From: Candidatus Latescibacterota bacterium
GTDB taxonomy: Bacteria > Latescibacterota > UBA2968 > UBA8231
Direction: 5' to 3'
NCBI GenBank assembly: GCA_965242865.1
Contig: CBDETK010000013.1
Span: 576,001 to 640,000, forward strand
Length of the DNA stretch: 64,000 nt
Part shown: in pieces, positions 59,350 through 64,000 of the stretch
Position numbering within the stretch: position 1 is the stretch's first letter
Layout of the letters: every line of letters starts with the position of its first letter
The notes under the pieces: model-generated
Databases searched by the model: none
Told to the model about the DNA's origin: nothing
The model's input: only the letters and a program-made list of their open reading frames with translations
Program-made: the position numbers and the translations under genes

Positions 59350-59789
59350 ATCGCATACTCGACCCGAATAAGGTCGTCCTCAACCTCGCGGCGCAGCGCA
59401 ACTTCGACGCCATCCGCGAATTGGCCGCCGTGCTGTGGCAAGACGCTGTGCCCGCGCCCGAGCAAAAGCGCTTGCTCGCGGCCTTGATTCGGCGCGAGCA
59501 ACAAGCCTCCACCGGCATTGGCAAGGGCGTGGCCGTGCCCCACGCCCACGAGGACGCGATCCAACACCAACTCTTGGCCATCGGCCTCTCGCCGGCCGGC
59601 ATTGACTTTGACGCGCCCGATGGGCAGCCCGTCCACATCATCGCGCTGCTGGTCACCCCCCTCAAACACCAAAAACAGCACATGGCCCTGCTGGCGGCCC
59701 TGTCGCAGCGCTTGCAGCAAGAGGAAGTGCGCCAGCGCTTGCTGCAAGCGGCCAATGCGGCCGAGGTCGTCGATATTTTTACGGGCTGA
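59337..59789 (+). CDS. PTS EIIA (Fru/Ntr-type) domain protein
   Basis: REQQASTGIGKGVAVPHA, GIDFDAPDGQPV, HMALLA. Confidence 0.9.
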   Translation: MEKLNRILDPNKVVLNLAAQRNFDAIRELAAVLWQDAVPAPEQKRLLAALIRREQQASTGIGKGVAVPHAHEDAIQHQLLAIGLSPAGIDFDAPDGQPVHIIALLVTPLKHQKQHMALLAALSQRLQQEEVRQRLLQAANAAEVVDIFTG

Positions 59790-59802
59790 GTGCCGCGCAG
59801 TC

Positions 59803-61878
59803 ATGGTTCCAGAATTCGCCAAGGCGGTACATGCCCCCCCCTTCGAGCGGCACTCTTGCTTTTTGGCTGGGCCGCTGGTCGCCGGGCAGCGGCAGGCCCT
59901 GATCGAGCGGCTGCGGGTCTTGCTCACCGCCGGGGTGCCCGGGTACGCGATCTTGGTGCTGTTGCCCGACCGGGCGACCGTGCAGCGCTTCCGCCAAGCG
60001 GTCGATCGGCTCGACCTCGGGCCGTACAGCACCGTTGATCTACAGACGTACTACGGGCTGGCGAGCCGGTTGGTGCGGTTGTTTTGGCCGCTGGTCGCGG
60101 GCAAGGCCGGCTTTGCCGCGCCCGAGCGGCCGCCGGTTTTCCTCAACTACGAGGCCGCCCAATACCTGATGGGGCAGGTGGTGGAGCCGCTGCTGGCCGA
60201 GGGCTATTTCGAGGGCCTGCACCTGCGGCCCCAGCGCATTCTCTCCCAACTGCTCGACAACCTAAACAAGGCCGCCGTAGCGGATTTTGCGCTCGCAGAG
60301 GTGGCGCCGCGCCTGAGCCGCGCTTGGGCCGGGGCCGAACAACGGCGGCGCGTGTACGAGCAGGTGCAGACGTGCATTGAACGCTACCGCAGCCACTGCT
60401 TACAACACGAGCTGCTCGACGCCTCGCTGGTCTTTGAGGTGTGCAACCGCCACCTGATCGCGCACGAGGAATTCTGGCGCTACTTCACCGAGCGCTATCG
60501 CCATCTCTTGGTCGACTCGGCCGAGGAGCTGGTGCCGGTGGCCGGCGATTTGGTGGGGCGGCTCTTGCCCCAGTGCGACTCGGCCCTGTTGGGCGGGGAC
60601 GCGCACGCCGGCTTCCGCATCTTTTTGGGCGTTGACGCGCCCGGGGCCACCCAACTCCAGCAGCAGTGCGCGGAGACGATTGCCGTGGGGCCGCAAGCGT
60701 GTGCAGCCCGGGATATGGTGGCCTTTGCCGACCGCTTGGGCGCGAAGTTGGGGCAGGTGACCGCCGAGGCCTCGGGCGGGTGGCCGCAGCGGGCCGTGGC
60801 CGAGGTGGTGCAGACCCGCTACCGAGGGCAGATGATCGAGGCCGTGGCCCAGCGGATCGTCCAGCAGATCGCCGCGGGCGTGGCCCCGGGCGACATCGCG
60901 GTGGTGGCCCCACACGCCGATGGGGTGTTGCGCTTCCTCTTGGCCGAGACCTTTCGCGCGGCCGACATCCCCTTTGCCATTGTGCGGCGTTACGAGACCC
61001 TGCGCGAGGAGCCGGTGGTGCGAGCCTGTCTGGCGCTGGCCGTGCTCGCCCACCCGGATTGGGGCCAACCGCTCTCGATCTTTGATCTGTCTGGGGCGTT
61101 GGAGCGGGCACTCCAGCCCCTCGACCGGCTGCGGGCCGAGCTAATGGCGCGGCACTTGTACGATCCGCGGTCGGGCCAGCTCAAACCGGCCAGCGCGTTG
61201 CATGCCGCGCTGGGCGAGCGGCTAGGCCGTGCGGCGCTCGCTCGCTACGAAGCCCTGCGCGCTTGGCTTGAGGCGTATCGCCACGGCGCGGCCGACCCTT
61301 GGGATCACTTTTTGCGCCGGCTCTTTGGGGAGGTGCTGTCACACGCCGCGCTGGCGCCCGAAGACGCCGAGGTGTACAGCAAGCTGATCGCCTCGGCTGC
61401 CTCGTTCCGCGCGGTGGCCCCGGCAATGGCCCTCGAAGGCGCGGCCATTGGCCAACGCTACGTCGAGATGATCGAAGCCGGGGTCGTCGCCGCCCAATAC
61501 CTGACCGATGTCGATCTCGACGAGGCCCCAGAATCCATTGCCTTGGTCGCGCCGGTCTATACCTATTTGCTCTCCGGCCATGTGGCGCGCTACCAGTTCT
61601 GGCTGGACATTGGCGCGGCCACTTGGTGGGAGCCGCTGCACCAGCCCTTGACCAACCACTACGTGCTGACCCGGCGCTGGAACCAAGCGGAGCACTGGAC
61701 CGATGCGGTGGATTACTCGACCCGCAACCGCAACCTCTACCGCTTGGTGCGGGGCCTGTGCCTGCGCTGCCGCGACGGAATTTATCTCTGCACCAGCGAG
61801 TCCGAGGGCCGGGGCGCGGCGCAGGACGGGCCGCTGATGATGGCGGTGCAACAGGTCTTGCAGGAGGAGCGAGGGTGA
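59803..61878 (+). CDS. Degenerate UvrD-like helicase-fold protein, no Walker A, Walker B altered
   Basis: YRHLLVDSAEE, GVAPGDIAVVAP, YQFWLD; coupled to the downstream helicase. Confidence 0.6.
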   Translation: MVPEFAKAVHAPPFERHSCFLAGPLVAGQRQALIERLRVLLTAGVPGYAILVLLPDRATVQRFRQAVDRLDLGPYSTVDLQTYYGLASRLVRLFWPLVAGKAGFAAPERPPVFLNYEAAQYLMGQVVEPLLAEGYFEGLHLRPQRILSQLLDNLNKAAVADFALAEVAPRLSRAWAGAEQRRRVYEQVQTCIERYRSHCLQHELLDASLVFEVCNRHLIAHEEFWRYFTERYRHLLVDSAEELVPVAGDLVGRLLPQCDSALLGGDAHAGFRIFLGVDAPGATQLQQQCAETIAVGPQACAARDMVAFADRLGAKLGQVTAEASGGWPQRAVAEVVQTRYRGQMIEAVAQRIVQQIAAGVAPGDIAVVAPHADGVLRFLLAETFRAADIPFAIVRRYETLREEPVVRACLALAVLAHPDWGQPLSIFDLSGALERALQPLDRLRAELMARHLYDPRSGQLKPASALHAALGERLGRAALARYEALRAWLEAYRHGAADPWDHFLRRLFGEVLSHAALAPEDAEVYSKLIASAASFRAVAPAMALEGAAIGQRYVEMIEAGVVAAQYLTDVDLDEAPESIALVAPVYTYLLSGHVARYQFWLDIGAATWWEPLHQPLTNHYVLTRRWNQAEHWTDAVDYSTRNRNLYRLVRGLCLRCRDGIYLCTSESEGRGAAQDGPLMMAVQQVLQEERG

Positions 61879-64000
61879 GGTTTGAGCCGCGCGCCGGCCA
61901 GCGCGAGATTTTGGCCTATCGCGGCGGCCTGCTGGGGGTGTCAGCCGTGCCCGGCAGCGGCAAGACCGCGACGATTGTCGCCTTGGCGACGAGGCTGATC
62001 GCCGAGAGCGCCACGGCCGGGGGGCAGGTGCTAATTGTGACCTACCAAAACGCGGCCGTGGACCACATCCGCGCCCAGATCGGCCAGCGCCTGCAAGCGC
62101 TGGACCGGCTCCAAGTCGGGTACGACGTGCGGACCTTGCACAGCTTGGCTTACGGCATCGTCCAAGCCAATCCCGGGCTGGTGGGAGCCGCGGCCGAATT
62201 TGTGGTTCTCGACGAGCGCGCCAGCGACAGCTTGCTCGACAAGGCGGTGCGGGCTTGGACCGACGACAACAAGAGCGTGTGGGGCCGATTGGGGCCTGGG
62301 GAATACGTGGATCAGCAGTGGGAGCAGGAGTGGCGGGCCATTGCGCGGAAAGTCGCCCGCACGGTTATCACCACGGCCAAAAACCGCCGGTTGCGGGCCG
62401 AAGACCTCCTCGCGCGGCTCGGCGGCCGGGAGGACAGCGGGCCGTTTTTGCGAATCGGCGCGGAAATATACCGGCTCTACCAGCAGCAAGTCGAGACCAT
62501 CGGCGGCCTCGACTTCGACGACTTGGTGTGGAGGGCCGTAGAGCTGGTGCAGCAGTACCCGGATTTGTGCGACCGCTACCGCCGGCGTTGGCCCTTTGTC
62601 TTGGAGGACGAGGCGCAAGACAGCGTCCCCTTGCAGGAGGAGCTCATCGCGCTGTTGGTGGGGCCGGGCGGCCACTGGATCCGGGTCGGCGATCCCAATC
62701 AGGCGATTATGAGCACCTTCACGGCGGCCGATCCCCGCTATTTGCGCCGCTTCTTGGACCGCGCCGACGTCGCGGTCGCCGAGATGACCATTTCCGGCCG
62801 CTGCGCCCCCCAGATCATGGACTTGGCCAATTTTTTAGTTGAGTGGGCCGCGGTTGAACACCCGCTGGCCGAGGTGCGCCAGCGCGCCTTCCGGCCCCAG
62901 CAGATGCAGCCCACCGACCCGGGCGATCCCCAGCAAAACCCCGCGGACGCGGACAGCGAGATCGGGTTCCGCGAATACAACAACCGCCACGATGAGTTCG
63001 ACAGCATTGCGCGCCGGGCCAAGGGCTTTGCCGAGCGCAACGCCAACTCAACGGTGGCGGTGCTGGTGCCGACCAACCGCATCGGCTACGACATGGCCGA
63101 GCGCTTGCGGCAGGCTGACGCAGATTTCGACGAGGTGTTGCAAAGCCCGCGCTCGGCCCGGCGGGTGGGCGAGGCCCTCTGCGCGGTGCTCGGCTTTCTA
63201 GCCGAGCCTTTGCAGCGCAATCAGTTGGAGCGCGCCTACCGCGCCTTGGTGGGCTTTTGGCCCGGGCCGAGTGGGCCGGGAAATGAGGAGGCAGTGGCCA
63301 TGCTGTTGCGTAGTTGCTATCGGCCCGAAGCCCTGCTTTACCCGGAGGCCGGCCAGTGCCTCGAAGCGGCCCTGCCCCCGCTGGATCGCATTGAGCCGCA
63401 GGATTTGGAAGCCATTGCCCTCCTGTGCGGTTATCTGCGGCGCTGGCTGCGGGCGGTTGCGCTGCCCGTGGATCAGCTCCTGATGACGGTGGCCCAAGAT
63501 CTGCTCGTAGAGGAAGGGGATATGGCGCGGGCGCAGCAGTTGGCGGTCTATGTGCGCACCCGCGCCGACCAAAACGCCGCTTGGCAGTTGCCCGAGTTGG
63601 TGCGCGAGTTGAGCGAAGCCGTGCAAGGCCGGCCGGGCGCGTTTGCCGACCCAGAAGATGTATTCGCGCCTCGGCCCGGGCGGATTTTTTTGACGACCAT
63701 GCACAAAGCCAAGGGCATGGAGTGGGATCTAGTCTATGTCATGGGGGTTGACGGCGATTGGTTTCCCCACGACCTTGACGCGCGATTCTTGGGCGAATAC
63801 GAGTTTCTGGGCGGCGATCCCTGCGAGGACGCGCGGGCCGAGCTATTGGACCTGCTCGGCGAAATCGGCGCGAGCCGGCTGTCGGCCACCGACCGTTCCC
63901 ACGCCGAGGTAATCGCCGAGCGGCTGCGGCTGCTCTACGTGGCCATCACCCGGGCGCGGCGCTATTTGGTCTTGAGCTGGAGTCGCCAGATTCCGCACGC
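61875..64000 (+). CDS. UvrD/REP/PcrA-family ATP-dependent helicase, runs off the window
   Basis: Not in the ORF track; GTG 61875, SAVPGSGKT, LEDEAQD, VGDPNQAI, TMHKAKGMEWD, RLLYVAITRAR. Confidence 0.92.
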   Translation, partial: MRFEPRAGQREILAYRGGLLGVSAVPGSGKTATIVALATRLIAESATAGGQVLIVTYQNAAVDHIRAQIGQRLQALDRLQVGYDVRTLHSLAYGIVQANPGLVGAAAEFVVLDERASDSLLDKAVRAWTDDNKSVWGRLGPGEYVDQQWEQEWRAIARKVARTVITTAKNRRLRAEDLLARLGGREDSGPFLRIGAEIYRLYQQQVETIGGLDFDDLVWRAVELVQQYPDLCDRYRRRWPFVLEDEAQDSVPLQEELIALLVGPGGHWIRVGDPNQAIMSTFTAADPRYLRRFLDRADVAVAEMTISGRCAPQIMDLANFLVEWAAVEHPLAEVRQRAFRPQQMQPTDPGDPQQNPADADSEIGFREYNNRHDEFDSIARRAKGFAERNANSTVAVLVPTNRIGYDMAERLRQADADFDEVLQSPRSARRVGEALCAVLGFLAEPLQRNQLERAYRALVGFWPGPSGPGNEEAVAMLLRSCYRPEALLYPEAGQCLEAALPPLDRIEPQDLEAIALLCGYLRRWLRAVALPVDQLLMTVAQDLLVEEGDMARAQQLAVYVRTRADQNAAWQLPELVRELSEAVQGRPGAFADPEDVFAPRPGRIFLTTMHKAKGMEWDLVYVMGVDGDWFPHDLDARFLGEYEFLGGDPCEDARAELLDLLGEIGASRLSATDRSHAEVIAERLRLLYVAITRARRYLVLSWSRQIPH

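Overview
High-GC (~65%) bacterial chromosomal window. The gene content (TPR and FG-GAP/ASPIC-UnbV proteins, a FlgD-type C-terminal domain protein, a DUF6785-like transporter, a C-terminal SWGxVK motif, many AAA ATPases, TA and R-M modules) suggests a Ca. Latescibacterota/Gemmatimonadota-like, possibly sponge-associated organism; this is an inference. The core backbone has a PBP1A 3' end, SelA-like and D-cysteine desulfhydrase-like PLP enzymes, a ~20 kb co-oriented cell-envelope cluster (8457-29128), cysH, a Zn-ribbon ABC exporter pair with DUF1854, a Yip1-MacAB-like operon, glcF, murB, two GT-C glycosyltransferases, PTS IIA and a UvrD-like pair running off the right edge. Small, often lower-GC cassettes are interleaved: an IS1595 N-terminus fused in frame to an N4/N6 methyltransferase plus a CCGG-family endonuclease, a HaeII-like R-M system bounded by a 23-bp direct repeat, an AvaI/XcyI-like R-M system, a fragmented type I R-M locus, TA modules, and IS5 and ParA remnants. 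Many cassettes have lost the toxic or catalytic half by deletion. CCWGG appears strongly depleted throughout. No rRNA, tRNA or true CRISPR array was seen. All family assignments come from motif recognition, not database searches.
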